From Clostridia bacterium (GTDB lineage Bacteria > Bacillota > Clostridia > RGIG6154): a DNA stretch of 64,000 bases. The stretch spans positions 1,956-65,955 of the forward strand of contig JAZUPZ010000024.1 of assembly GCA_045605445.1 (NCBI GenBank), given 5' to 3'. Position numbers and translations under genes: made by a program. The notes below the pieces were generated by a model, which worked only from the letters and a program-made list of their open reading frames with translations, was not told the origin of the DNA and searched no databases. Positions 8,932 through 18,635 of this stretch are shown here, in pieces. The number at the start of each line of letters is the position of its first letter. Positions within the stretch are counted from its first letter, which is position 1.

Positions 8932-9097
8932 GTCTTAAAATTCTTTTTCTCTTTTGCTTGCGGACTGTGAAGTCTCGAGCAAGGTGATTTTCCGGGCACC
9001 GTTAAGAACGGTCGGAAAATAACGAAGCGCAGAGTATCCCGTAAAGTACTTTCTTTATCTTGGCGGATGTCGAGCATCTGTTTTTGTTATCGGAAGA

Positions 9098-9250
9098 GAT
9101 TCGAACACAGAGTGGGCAAAAAACGTCAAAAAAGTTGCCGGTGGCAAGTTTTTTAGTTTTTTGGTGTGCAGACGGGTACCGAAATGCGTTAGCATTTGGG
9201 TCGGCAAACACGACAGACGCGAAGCGGATGTATCCCTTCTTCTCCGCCAG
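9098..9250. repeat. tRNA-linked structured element, copy B, ending in a 19-nt direct copy of the tRNA-Ser 3' end
   Basis: GATTCGAAC...GGGTACCGAA...ATCCCTTCTTCTCCGCCAG (9232-9250 equals 8726-8744). Confidence 0.75.
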
Positions 9251-9326
9251 TGAAAAAAACAACCTATGAACAAAAAGACAAAGAGCTGAACGAAATTAAC
9301 CGTTCAGCTCTTCCATTATTTTTTAC

Positions 9327-10679
9327 TTAATTTCTTATCAGCACTGTCTGATTACTCTTAAGAAGGAATTTTTTCGGATTTAAGTAAGTTTTTGTAAGTG
9401 GGTTTTCTTCGTCGACCATATAAACCTCAAAGCCGTCTTCAAGGTTAATTGAAATTTCTTTGTCTTCCTCGGAAACGTTTGTAATCATAACCGCCTTTTT
9501 GTTGCCATCGGTTGATGCAACGGCATAAACGTCTTTTTCATTTAATTCGCACTCTGCCTGCTTGCCAAGCTGATACATATAACCAAATGCCTTGAATACA
9601 TAGAAAAGCGGACGCGGACAAACGTTGTAGCCGTCAAACATTCCCTGATAGGTGCTTACCATCATTCTTGTATCGTAATAACAGAGCATACTTGTTGGCT
9701 TGTTCTGCATTATAAGAAGCATTGCTGCTGCCTGAGCCGCCGCAAAGGAACTACCAAGAGTTCCCTTTACTCTTGCCGCATTGTTCCACTCGTTAAGCAT
9801 TGTTTCAATTTCGCCGTAGCCGCGTTCCTTTAAGAACTTGTCAACAAACTCTGCTATTATTCCCGTTCCCTCGGCATCAATATAACTATGCCATGAGAAG
9901 AAATCAATGGGTGAGCCATGTTCTTTTATGTAGTCAAAGAAGCCGTATAAGAACTTCATTCTGTATGCATTTTTTTCACCTTCATAACGCTCGCCAAGTC
10001 GTTTTTCAATGTCCATTCCGTATTTTTCAGGCTCTGCAAAAATATTATAAAAGCCTGTTGCCGCATAACCGCCAACCTTTATTGTGTCGCCAAAGCATTT
10101 TTTAAGGTGCTTTGAAGTAATGTCGTAAAGCTCATAATACTGCTCAGGAGTACCTGTCCACATCTGGTTCATATCGGGAGTAGGTCTGTTTTCGGGCTCG
10201 TTCCAGATTTCCCAGTATTTTATACCGTAATGGTAGCCGTCTGCCCAGCCTTCGTTGTAATGTCTTACAATATGTTCGCAGATTCTTGCCCATTTGTTAT
10301 AATCCTTTGGGGGATGAATTCTGTAGGCTCTTATGTTACACTGATTTTCAATTGTAACACCGAGACGGAAAATAGGAGAAACTCCGTATTCGTTAAGCCC
10401 TTCAAGAAGTACATCTGTAAATGCAAAATCATAAGATTCAGGGTCATTTTCGTCCGCATCAAAATCACGGAAAATGTTAGGAATATCAACAAATCTGTTT
10501 CCGCCGAAAGGGCCTCCAACATCGTGAAGTCTTGAATAAGGAATGTTTGCCTCCTGAAAATATTTTATGTGAGAAACATTGATTTTACAGAAGCCTCCCG
10601 TAAAAGGCGGCTGACCTACCGCGTGCATAGGCTTGATTATTCCTGTTTCTTTACCAAAATCTACGTTTATATTTACCAT
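9327..10679 (-). CDS. GH39-like glycoside hydrolase (clan GH-A)
   Basis: WEIWNEPE acid/base motif, DFFSWHSY, LNEWN nucleophile; GGAGG RBS before ATG 10679. Confidence 0.8.
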   Translation of the reverse strand: MVNINVDFGKETGIIKPMHAVGQPPFTGGFCKINVSHIKYFQEANIPYSRLHDVGGPFGGNRFVDIPNIFRDFDADENDPESYDFAFTDVLLEGLNEYGVSPIFRLGVTIENQCNIRAYRIHPPKDYNKWARICEHIVRHYNEGWADGYHYGIKYWEIWNEPENRPTPDMNQMWTGTPEQYYELYDITSKHLKKCFGDTIKVGGYAATGFYNIFAEPEKYGMDIEKRLGERYEGEKNAYRMKFLYGFFDYIKEHGSPIDFFSWHSYIDAEGTGIIAEFVDKFLKERGYGEIETMLNEWNNAARVKGTLGSSFAAAQAAAMLLIMQNKPTSMLCYYDTRMMVSTYQGMFDGYNVCPRPLFYVFKAFGYMYQLGKQAECELNEKDVYAVASTDGNKKAVMITNVSEEDKEISINLEDGFEVYMVDEENPLTKTYLNPKKFLLKSNQTVLIRN

Positions 10680-10795
10680 TTTTATCCTCCAACCAATTTT
10701 ATGCGTCAAGTATACCATATCAAAATATATTTTTCAACAGTTTTAGAATATAAAATTACTTTATTAAAGCAAAAAAGCACCCTGAGGTGCTTTTG

Positions 10796-11665
10796 TTAAT
10801 TGCTTTTTTTATAAACTGCAAAGTATGATGCTCCTACTATAAATGCAACGGCGATAAATACTTTTATGTCGGGAACGATACCATTTACAAAATATGTAAC
10901 AAACGGTGTTAAAACAGGCTTGATGAAAAACGCCATTGATGCCATTATGGCCCCGCCCTTTTCCATTGCTTTAAAGTAAGCAACATAGCCTACTCCTGTT
11001 ACGAAAATACCAAGATACAGAAGAATTGAAAGGCTTGTTATGTCTGTCTTCGGAACTATATCATATCCGCCGATTAAAAGAAACACCAAAAGTACGATAC
11101 TTCCAATCAGAAAACCGCCTGCCGACTGAATAAGTCCGCTGATTTTCTTTGCATATTTACGGCTTAAAGCTGTATAAAGGCTGAAGCTTATTGCCGCGAT
11201 TAAAGCAAGTGCAACAGAGCCAAGGTTTGTGCCCGAGCTGAAATCTGCACAGGCAACAACTCCGATAATACCAAGAACAAGTGCGATTATCTTATTTTTA
11301 GTAAACTTTTCTTCTTTTATGAAAAGCACAGCAAAAATAATTGTCAGCACAGAGTTTACGGAAAAGATAATAGCGATAAGTGACGGTGCATCCGCAAGTT
11401 TCACCGCAAACTGAAGTGAAAGCATACTGATGCAGATAACAAGCACCCCGAGAAGTGCCATTAAAGCAACATCCTTACCGGTAATTTTAATCTGCTCCTT
11501 TTTGATTTTAACAACTGCAAAGGGCAGAAGCATTAAAGAGCCTATTAAAAATCTCCAGAAGGTCATTGCATAAGGGCTTATATCATTTGCAATTAATTTG
11601 CTTACAGGCTCTAAAGTTACAAACATAAGCGCCGTAACAAGAGCATAAAAAATTCCTTTTTTCAT
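10796..11665 (-). CDS. EamA/DMT-family transporter
   Basis: About 10 TM segments in two EamA repeats; translationally coupled to the upstream hydrolase. Confidence 0.85.
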   Translation of the reverse strand: MKKGIFYALVTALMFVTLEPVSKLIANDISPYAMTFWRFLIGSLMLLPFAVVKIKKEQIKITGKDVALMALLGVLVICISMLSLQFAVKLADAPSLIAIIFSVNSVLTIIFAVLFIKEEKFTKNKIIALVLGIIGVVACADFSSGTNLGSVALALIAAISFSLYTALSRKYAKKISGLIQSAGGFLIGSIVLLVFLLIGGYDIVPKTDITSLSILLYLGIFVTGVGYVAYFKAMEKGGAIMASMAFFIKPVLTPFVTYFVNGIVPDIKVFIAVAFIVGASYFAVYKKSN

Positions 11666-12432
11666 TACTTATCTCCTTTATATTTGTCAATAAATTCAAG
11701 TATTGCCTTTGCAAAAACATTTTCACCGTTTTCATCATTTGCTTTGTTATATTTGCAATGAGTAAAACCTTCCATATACCTTACATCAACTTTGTCCATA
11801 TTGCATTTAAAATGCTTAAGGGTGGAAACAAGAAGCTTTGTCTGTTCGGGTCTGTTTTCCATATCGTGCTCTGCATAAAAAATCTGCATAGGTGCATAAT
11901 TTCTGTCACCGCAGATGTGATACAAAGGTGCTGCTTCGTCAATTATAACCCTTCTTGAGTCAATTCCTCTTTCACGAAGAACGTTAAAGTGAGTTGTAGG
12001 CTGACCTGCATCGTGAATGAATCCTGCTATTTCATCAGGGTTGATTTTATAAGGTGCAAGATATTTTTTGTCAAAACAAAGCATCTGTGAAAGATAACCG
12101 CCTGCAGAAGAACCACCCACAAAAAAAGCTGAGGGATTGCCGTAATCCTTCATATTTGAAATTGTCCAGGCAACAGCTGTTGCCGCATCTCTTATAAATT
12201 CGGGATAAACCGCTTCGGGATACATTCTGTAATTTGCAGAAACCACCGCAACACCTTTATTAACAAGAGGCTCAATAAAAACATTTCTGTCTGCAGCTTT
12301 GTCGCCATGCTCTATTCCGCCGCCGTGAAAATAGATAAACACGGGAAAGCTTTCAAGGTCGGGAATATGTATATCAAGCATCTGCTCAGGAAGTCCCATT
12401 TTCGTATAACAAATATTTTCAAAAGATTTCAT
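11665..12432 (-). CDS. Alpha/beta hydrolase (HSL-like esterase)
   Basis: HGGG oxyanion motif, GSSAG nucleophile elbow. Confidence 0.88.
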   Translation of the reverse strand: MKSFENICYTKMGLPEQMLDIHIPDLESFPVFIYFHGGGIEHGDKAADRNVFIEPLVNKGVAVVSANYRMYPEAVYPEFIRDAATAVAWTISNMKDYGNPSAFFVGGSSAGGYLSQMLCFDKKYLAPYKINPDEIAGFIHDAGQPTTHFNVLRERGIDSRRVIIDEAAPLYHICGDRNYAPMQIFYAEHDMENRPEQTKLLVSTLKHFKCNMDKVDVRYMEGFTHCKYNKANDENGENVFAKAILEFIDKYKGDK

Positions 12433-12546
12433 TTAAGTCACTCCTTTTGTTAAATATACCACCCTTTTAACATTTTGTAAAGAATATGCAAAACTATGCT
12501 TGAATATATTAAAATATATGGTAAAATAAATATAAGGAGTGATTTT

Positions 12547-13416
12547 ATGGAAATTCTTCAGTTAAAATATTTTGTTTCTACCGCAAGATACCAGAGCATT
12601 GCAAAAACGGCAAAGGAGTTTATGGTTCCCGCTTCAAGTGTTTCTGTAGCAATTAAAAAGCTCGAGGAAGAGCTTGAGGTTTCTCTTTTTGACAGAAGCG
12701 CAAACAGAATTAAGCTTAACAAAAACGGCGAAATATTTTTTAAGAGCATAAGCCTTTGCGAAAAAGAACTGAAAAATGTTAAAGCAGAGCTGCTTAACCG
12801 CAGTAAAATTCAGAAGGGCGAAATAAAGCTTCTTATTCTTACAAACAGAAGCTCGGTTACCGATGCCATTGTGGAATTTAAAAACGAATATCCCGACACT
12901 TCCTTTACTATTTCTCACGACAGCTTTGCAAAACCCGAAAGCTATGACCTTGTTATCTGCGACAGCGAAATCGATTCGGAAAGCTTTGAAAAGAAGGAGC
13001 TTATAAGGGAGGAAATTTTTCTTGGCGTACACAAAAGCAATCCCCTCTCCAAATACAACTCTGTAAAACTTACCACCCTTTCTGAGGAAAAATTCATTTC
13101 AATGAACAAGGGAAGCAGAATAAGAGAATTTACCGACAGCCTTCTTGAAAATGGCGGAATTTCACCTGTTCATGCCATTGAGTGCAGCGACCCTTACTAT
13201 ATTTGCAAATACCTTAAAATGGGGCTGGGAGTTACCTTTTTCCCCTCCGTTTCCTGGAAAAGAGAAATTGACGATTCAATTAAGCTTCTGAAAATAAACG
13301 ACGGCGTTTTCCGCACTTCATATTTATACACAAACAAAGCCTGTTCGGACATTGCAAAAATTTTTAGTCATAATTTAGAGCTTTCCGTAAAAAAGAGCTT
13401 TAATTTTTCCGTATAA
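12547..13416 (+). CDS. LysR-family regulator
   Basis: QLKYF...IKKLEEELEVSLFDR HTH; divergent from the esterase-EamA pair; AGGAG RBS. Confidence 0.9.
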   Translation: MEILQLKYFVSTARYQSIAKTAKEFMVPASSVSVAIKKLEEELEVSLFDRSANRIKLNKNGEIFFKSISLCEKELKNVKAELLNRSKIQKGEIKLLILTNRSSVTDAIVEFKNEYPDTSFTISHDSFAKPESYDLVICDSEIDSESFEKKELIREEIFLGVHKSNPLSKYNSVKLTTLSEEKFISMNKGSRIREFTDSLLENGGISPVHAIECSDPYYICKYLKMGLGVTFFPSVSWKREIDDSIKLLKINDGVFRTSYLYTNKACSDIAKIFSHNLELSVKKSFNFSV

Positions 13417-13451
13417 AAAAGGCTGAACGTTGATTACGTTCAGCCTTTTTT
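13415..13451. terminator. Bidirectional intrinsic terminator
   Basis: AAAAAAGGCTGAACGT-TGATT-ACGTTCAGCCTTTTTT between convergent genes. Confidence 0.85.
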
Positions 13452-13454
13452 GTC

Positions 13455-15005
13455 TTATTCTTCGTTATAGCATTCGAAAATTTCTTCAACTCTTTCAGAG
13501 TCTTTATTCTTTGTAAATACACTTATTAGAGGAACAACAACCATTGAAACCGCCATTGCGGAAACGCCCATTTCGGGAGACATTTTTGCAGCTGTTGCAA
13601 AATCGGAATTAAGTGTAATTACTAAAGTTGCAATACCTACAACCAGCAAGCCTGAAAGAATACCTGCATATGCGCCTGCTTTTGTAATTTTCTTTGAGAA
13701 AAGGCCCCAGATGTAAGGTCCGATAAAGCAGCCTGAAACAATACCCCAGGAGAAGGACATAAGGCTTACGATAATCGGAATATTCTGAGTTGCAAAGATA
13801 AAGGAGCATGCAACGAATACAAGGCAAAGAATTCTTGTAAGAAGCATCTGGCTTTCGGGTTTTGTTTCTTTTCTTCTTACTGCAGGAATAAGGTCAACTG
13901 CAACTGCAGATGCAGAGGTTAATACAACTGCCTCTAAGGTTGACATTGAAGCCGAGAGAAGAAGAATCATAATTACCGCAAGAAGGATAATTCCCAATGT
14001 TCCGCCACCTAAAACCTCCATAAGAACGGCAGGAATAACAGAGTCAACTCCGCCTTCGGGAAGAACGCCGCCAAGGATAAGTCTTGAGGTGCTTCCGATA
14101 AGGTATGCGCCGCATCCGATAATAACACAGAAAAGAGTAGAAATAATTGTTCCTCTCTTGATAGCCGCTGTATCCTTAATTGCATAGAACTTACCGATCA
14201 TCTGAGGAAGTCCCCAGGTACCAAAGCTTGTAAGCATAATGTTAAAGCAAAGGAATTTAAAGGATGAACCGCCGAAGATATTTGTAAGCTGTGAACCTGT
14301 AATAGGATTAGGATCTCCGGGAACTGTTTTAAAGCTGCTTAAGTTTTCAATAAGTCCTGAAATTCCGCCTACAGCATCATGTCCTAAAACTGCCAAAATA
14401 AGACAAATAACGCCGACAATCATAATTATACCCTGAACAAGGTCTGTATAAGCTGTTGCAATGTATCCGCCTGCAACAAGGTAAACCGCTGTAAGGCACG
14501 CAATAATAAGCATCCAAACCCAGGTTTCAACCCCGGGGAAAACTGCGCTGAAGAGCGAACCCAGACCTTTGTAAACTGCCGCTGAATAAGGAACAAGGAA
14601 CACGAAAATAATAACTGCCGCCAGGATTTTCATACCTTTTGAAGCATATCTTTTTTCAAAATAATCAGGCATTGTTCTGGCATTGAGCTTTTTGGTCATT
14701 TTTCTTGTTCTGTTTGCAAACAGAAGCCAGGAGAGCAAGCAACCGAGTACCGCATTACCGATACCAATCCAGATGCTGCCAAGACCAATGTTCCAGCCGT
14801 GCTGACCTGCGTAGCCAACGAAAACTACCGCAGAAAAATATGTAGTACCGTAAGCAAAGGCGGTAACCCATGCTCCGATGTTCCTGCCACCGATAAGGAA
14901 TCCGTCAAGAGTTTTTGACTTACCGTAGCTGATACAGCCGATAAGCGCCATTGTAATTGCATAAATGCCAAGAGCAATGATTGTGTAAAGTTGTGCATTT
15001 GTCAT
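13455..15005 (-). CDS. Sodium:solute symporter (SSS family)
   Basis: FLIGGR, FSAVVFVGYAG, AYTDLVQG, SASMST motifs; GGAGG before ATG 15005. Confidence 0.9.
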   Translation of the reverse strand: MTNAQLYTIIALGIYAITMALIGCISYGKSKTLDGFLIGGRNIGAWVTAFAYGTTYFSAVVFVGYAGQHGWNIGLGSIWIGIGNAVLGCLLSWLLFANRTRKMTKKLNARTMPDYFEKRYASKGMKILAAVIIFVFLVPYSAAVYKGLGSLFSAVFPGVETWVWMLIIACLTAVYLVAGGYIATAYTDLVQGIIMIVGVICLILAVLGHDAVGGISGLIENLSSFKTVPGDPNPITGSQLTNIFGGSSFKFLCFNIMLTSFGTWGLPQMIGKFYAIKDTAAIKRGTIISTLFCVIIGCGAYLIGSTSRLILGGVLPEGGVDSVIPAVLMEVLGGGTLGIILLAVIMILLLSASMSTLEAVVLTSASAVAVDLIPAVRRKETKPESQMLLTRILCLVFVACSFIFATQNIPIIVSLMSFSWGIVSGCFIGPYIWGLFSKKITKAGAYAGILSGLLVVGIATLVITLNSDFATAAKMSPEMGVSAMAVSMVVVPLISVFTKNKDSERVEEIFECYNEE

Positions 15006-15123
15006 TTGAATTTCCTCCAAGTATTGCTTTTTTCTGTAACTTAGTATATAATGCTTTTCAGTATTAGTCAAACGAATGATTTTGATGTTTACCATCTAAA
15101 TTTTCGATAGCGGAGGAAATATT

Positions 15124-16014
15124 ATGGAATTACGCAATTTAATTACCTTTATAAACGTAGCAGAGCTTGGCAGTTTCACCAAAGCGGCAGAGCAGCTTGA
15201 TTATTCACAGTCAACAATTTCATTTCAGATAAAACAGCTTGAAGAAGAGCTTGGTTGCCTTTTGTTCGAAAGAATAAATCACACCATAACTCTTACAGAA
15301 AGAGGCCGTGAGCTTGTATCTTACGCCCATCAGATTCGCACATTAACAGAGGAATTCAAGGAAAATCTTGAAGAGGAAAAGGATTTCAGCGGTCATATTC
15401 ACGTTGTTACTCCCGATTCCGTCTGTGATAATATGATCAACCGCAGTTATATAGGCTTTCACAATAAATATCCCTCCATTTCCGTTAAGCTCACCACCGC
15501 CGACACCACGGTTATGTTTGATATGCTTGACCATAACGAGGCCGACGTTGTCATTACCCTTGATAGTCACTCCTACAACAAGGACTACGTTATTGCAAAA
15601 GAGGAGCCTCTTTCAATGCACTTTGTAGCAAATACAAAATCAAAATTTGCAGGTGCTGCAAACCTTTCTATTCAGGATATTATAAACGAGCCTTTCATTC
15701 TTACAGAATACGGGCAGGGCTACAGAAGAGTTTTTGACAAGGAGCTTGCAAAAAAATCTCTGGAAATAACTCCCATACTTGAAATAGGAAGAACGGATAT
15801 AATAACCTCACTTATAGCCCAGGGAAATATGCTTTCATATCTGCCGGATTTTGTTACCGAGAATATGATAAAATCAGGTAACTTATGTTACCTTGACGTA
15901 TGCGATATGAACATTGAAATATGGAAGCAGCTTATTTACCACAAAAACAAATGGATGTCAAAAAGCCTTAAAATTTTTATTGATTACATAAAAGAAAATG
16001 AATTTTCAAACTGA
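15124..16014 (+). CDS. LysR-family regulator
   Basis: SFTKAAEQLDYSQSTISFQIKQLEEELG HTH; divergent from the symporter. Confidence 0.92.
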   Translation: MELRNLITFINVAELGSFTKAAEQLDYSQSTISFQIKQLEEELGCLLFERINHTITLTERGRELVSYAHQIRTLTEEFKENLEEEKDFSGHIHVVTPDSVCDNMINRSYIGFHNKYPSISVKLTTADTTVMFDMLDHNEADVVITLDSHSYNKDYVIAKEEPLSMHFVANTKSKFAGAANLSIQDIINEPFILTEYGQGYRRVFDKELAKKSLEITPILEIGRTDIITSLIAQGNMLSYLPDFVTENMIKSGNLCYLDVCDMNIEIWKQLIYHKNKWMSKSLKIFIDYIKENEFSN

Positions 16015-16061
16015 CAAAAACCTCTCAACGGCTCATACAGCCCTGAGAGGTTTTTTATACT

Positions 16062-17627
16062 TTACAGCAACGGGGCAAAAATCCTTATAAGTGAGCGGAT
16101 AAATCTCTGCCACAGAGTTGTTTTTATCATATCGGGGGTTATTCTTATGCTCTTTTTTACAGTTTCATCCATATCCTTTTTCATATCCGAAAAGGAGGAG
16201 CATTTGTACATCCAGATGCCGTTTTCAAAGTGATGAACAAGGCTTCTGTAATCAAGATTTATGGTTCCCGTCATTGCATATTCCCCGTCGCAGATATAAT
16301 TTTTGGCATGAACAAATCCGGGCTTGTATTCATAAATTTTTACTCCTGCCTCCATAAGACGGGGGTAAAAGCTTTTGGTCATTGCAAAAACAAGCTTTTT
16401 ATCGGGAATATGGGGAACAATTATTTTAACGTCAACTCCCCTTAGTGCCGCATTTTCAATGTCCTGGCAAAGGTCATTGTCAATTATTAAATAAGGCGAC
16501 ATCATATACATATATTTTGTTGAAGAGTTTACCATATTCTGAATAACGCTTTTTCCCACTCTTCTTTTAAAAATAGGGCGGGGGCCGTCGCCAAAGGGAA
16601 CTACATATCCCTTTTCCTCCTGTACGGAAATGCCGGGGAACTGATTGTGCTTTATCTTTTTAACTGTTTTTACGTTAATTCCGAAGTCTACCCAGAACAA
16701 TTTCGTAAGCTCGTTTACCGCTTCCCCCTCAAGCCTTATTCCCGTATCCTTCCAGTGCCCGTATTTTTTGATTTTGTTTATATATTCATCTGCAAGGTTA
16801 ACTCCGCCGGTGTAGCCTATATACCCGTCGATAATCATAAGCTTTCTGTGGCTTCTGTTGTTGAATTCGCTGTCTGCATCGCCTTTAAGCCTTGAAAAAG
16901 GCGTTGCTTCAATTCCCCACTTTTCAAGAATTCTGCTGTAATTTCCCGGCAGGGTTGACATACAGCCAACGTCGTCGTAAATTATCCTTACTTCCAGACC
17001 ATTTGCGGCTTTTTCCTTTAAAATTTCAAGAATGGAATTCCAGAAAATCCCCTCTTCTATAATAAAATATTCAAGATAAATAAACTTTTCCGCTCTTTTT
17101 AAATCTTTAAGCATACCTGAAAACATTTCCTCACCGCTTGAAAAATAAGTCTGCTTTGTATTTGTAAAAAGATGAGTTTCTGCAATGTTGCACAGCATTT
17201 TCGCCTGATTGTATGCTCCCGTGCTTTCACTTTTAAGCTTTTCAAAAAGCTCTTTGTCATTCTTCCTGTAGCTTCTGTCTTTTATTTCCTTAAGCCTTTT
17301 TACATACTTTTTCTTAAGCTTTCTTGAATAAAACATAAAATAAAGCATAAAGCCCGCCACCGGCAGAATAAGCACAAACAACAGCCAGGGAATTTTATAG
17401 TCGGGATTATCATCAGAGGCAACAATTTTTATTACGCAGGCAAACTGAGTAAGCGCCGCAGCAACATAAAAAAAGGGCACGCGGAAGCACAAAAAGATAA
17501 CTATTCCGATAATTGTCGCAATTTCAAAAACAGTAAGCATTATTGCAAGAATATACCTTACCGGGATATAGTTTATTTCTTTTTCTGTTTTCTGATTGTT
17601 TACATAAAACTTAATTTTCTTTTTCAC
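16062..17627 (-). CDS. cls: Cardiolipin synthase
   Basis: Two HKD motifs (HRKLMIID, HAKNYICD) and N-terminal TM segments; probable GTG start at 17627 after GGGAG. Confidence 0.9.
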   Translation of the reverse strand: MKKKIKFYVNNQKTEKEINYIPVRYILAIMLTVFEIATIIGIVIFLCFRVPFFYVAAALTQFACVIKIVASDDNPDYKIPWLLFVLILPVAGFMLYFMFYSRKLKKKYVKRLKEIKDRSYRKNDKELFEKLKSESTGAYNQAKMLCNIAETHLFTNTKQTYFSSGEEMFSGMLKDLKRAEKFIYLEYFIIEEGIFWNSILEILKEKAANGLEVRIIYDDVGCMSTLPGNYSRILEKWGIEATPFSRLKGDADSEFNNRSHRKLMIIDGYIGYTGGVNLADEYINKIKKYGHWKDTGIRLEGEAVNELTKLFWVDFGINVKTVKKIKHNQFPGISVQEEKGYVVPFGDGPRPIFKRRVGKSVIQNMVNSSTKYMYMMSPYLIIDNDLCQDIENAALRGVDVKIIVPHIPDKKLVFAMTKSFYPRLMEAGVKIYEYKPGFVHAKNYICDGEYAMTGTINLDYRSLVHHFENGIWMYKCSSFSDMKKDMDETVKKSIRITPDMIKTTLWQRFIRSLIRIFAPLL

Positions 17628-17765
17628 AGCTCTGCTCCCGTTCTTTATTACTATTATTATACTTTTTAAAAAATTGTATGTCAAATAACAGATTTCATAT
17701 TTTTGTTGTAAAATGGCGGATTTTGTGATAAAATTGTGTAAAAAGGTTAAAAAGAGGTTGAAACT

Positions 17766-18635
17766 ATGAAAAAAAGAAAATGGGGCGATCGCAGAGACGC
17801 CGCTTTAATAAAAAACGTGGACTCTGTGCATTTCATTATGCCCCACATTTTTCCCAACAGATGTGACAATGAAGCATTTATTTCCGAAAGAATTGACCTT
17901 ACGAATCTTGAAGCATACCTTGAAAAGAAAAATGCAGACAATCCGGAATATAAATACAATATGTTCCAGGTAATTGTCACCTCTGCCTTAAAGGCTTTTA
18001 CTTTAAGACCGAAGATGAACATTTTTGTTAAGAACAGACATTATTATCAGCGAAACGAAATTACTGCAGCCTTCACCGTTAAAAAAATCTTTTCGGACGA
18101 GGGCGGCGAAAGCCTTGCTTTTATTCATGCAAAGGAAGAAGATACAATTGACACAATTCACGACAAGCTTTACAAAAAAATTTCCCGTTGCAAATCGGAA
18201 GACCAGAACGAAAGCACAGAAGACAGTATGGACTTTTTCAACAAAATGCCAAGCTTTCTTTCCAGATTTCTTATTAACATTGTAAGATTTTTAGACGAGC
18301 ACGGCTGGGTTCCCAAAGCTTTTATTGCCAACGACCCTTACCACGCCTCCGTTCTTTTGACAAACCTTGGCTCAATTAAGCTCCACGCAGGCTATCATCA
18401 TCTTTCAAACTGGGGAACAACCTCTGTTTTTGTAATTGTGGGCGAAAGAAAAAAACGCCCCTTCTTCAACGAGGACGGCTCCTTTGAAATGAAAGACAGC
18501 GTTGATATAGGCCTTACAATTGACGAAAGAATTGCCGACGGCTATTACTATTCAAAAACCGTAAGACTCCTTAAAAAGCTTCTGGAAAATCCTGAGCTTC
18601 TTGATAAGCCGTTGAAAGAAGAGGTAGATTACTAA
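17766..18635 (+). CDS. Stand-alone 2-oxoacid-dehydrogenase E2-type acyltransferase domain protein
   Basis: LTNLGS and TIDERIADG (E2/CAT-like C-terminal motif); no lipoyl domain. Confidence 0.75.
   Translation: MKKRKWGDRRDAALIKNVDSVHFIMPHIFPNRCDNEAFISERIDLTNLEAYLEKKNADNPEYKYNMFQVIVTSALKAFTLRPKMNIFVKNRHYYQRNEITAAFTVKKIFSDEGGESLAFIHAKEEDTIDTIHDKLYKKISRCKSEDQNESTEDSMDFFNKMPSFLSRFLINIVRFLDEHGWVPKAFIANDPYHASVLLTNLGSIKLHAGYHHLSNWGTTSVFVIVGERKKRPFFNEDGSFEMKDSVDIGLTIDERIADGYYYSKTVRLLKKLLENPELLDKPLKEEVDY

Noticed and set aside
8726-9250. attL/attR of a prophage or ICE at tRNA-Ser
   Set aside because: The direct repeats are only ~500 bp apart, with no integrase or cargo between them; the content is structured repeats.
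8630-9273. Several short ORFs in the track over the tRNA-Ser region
   Set aside because: They overlap tRNAs and palindromic repeats, lack RBSs and have no recognisable motifs.
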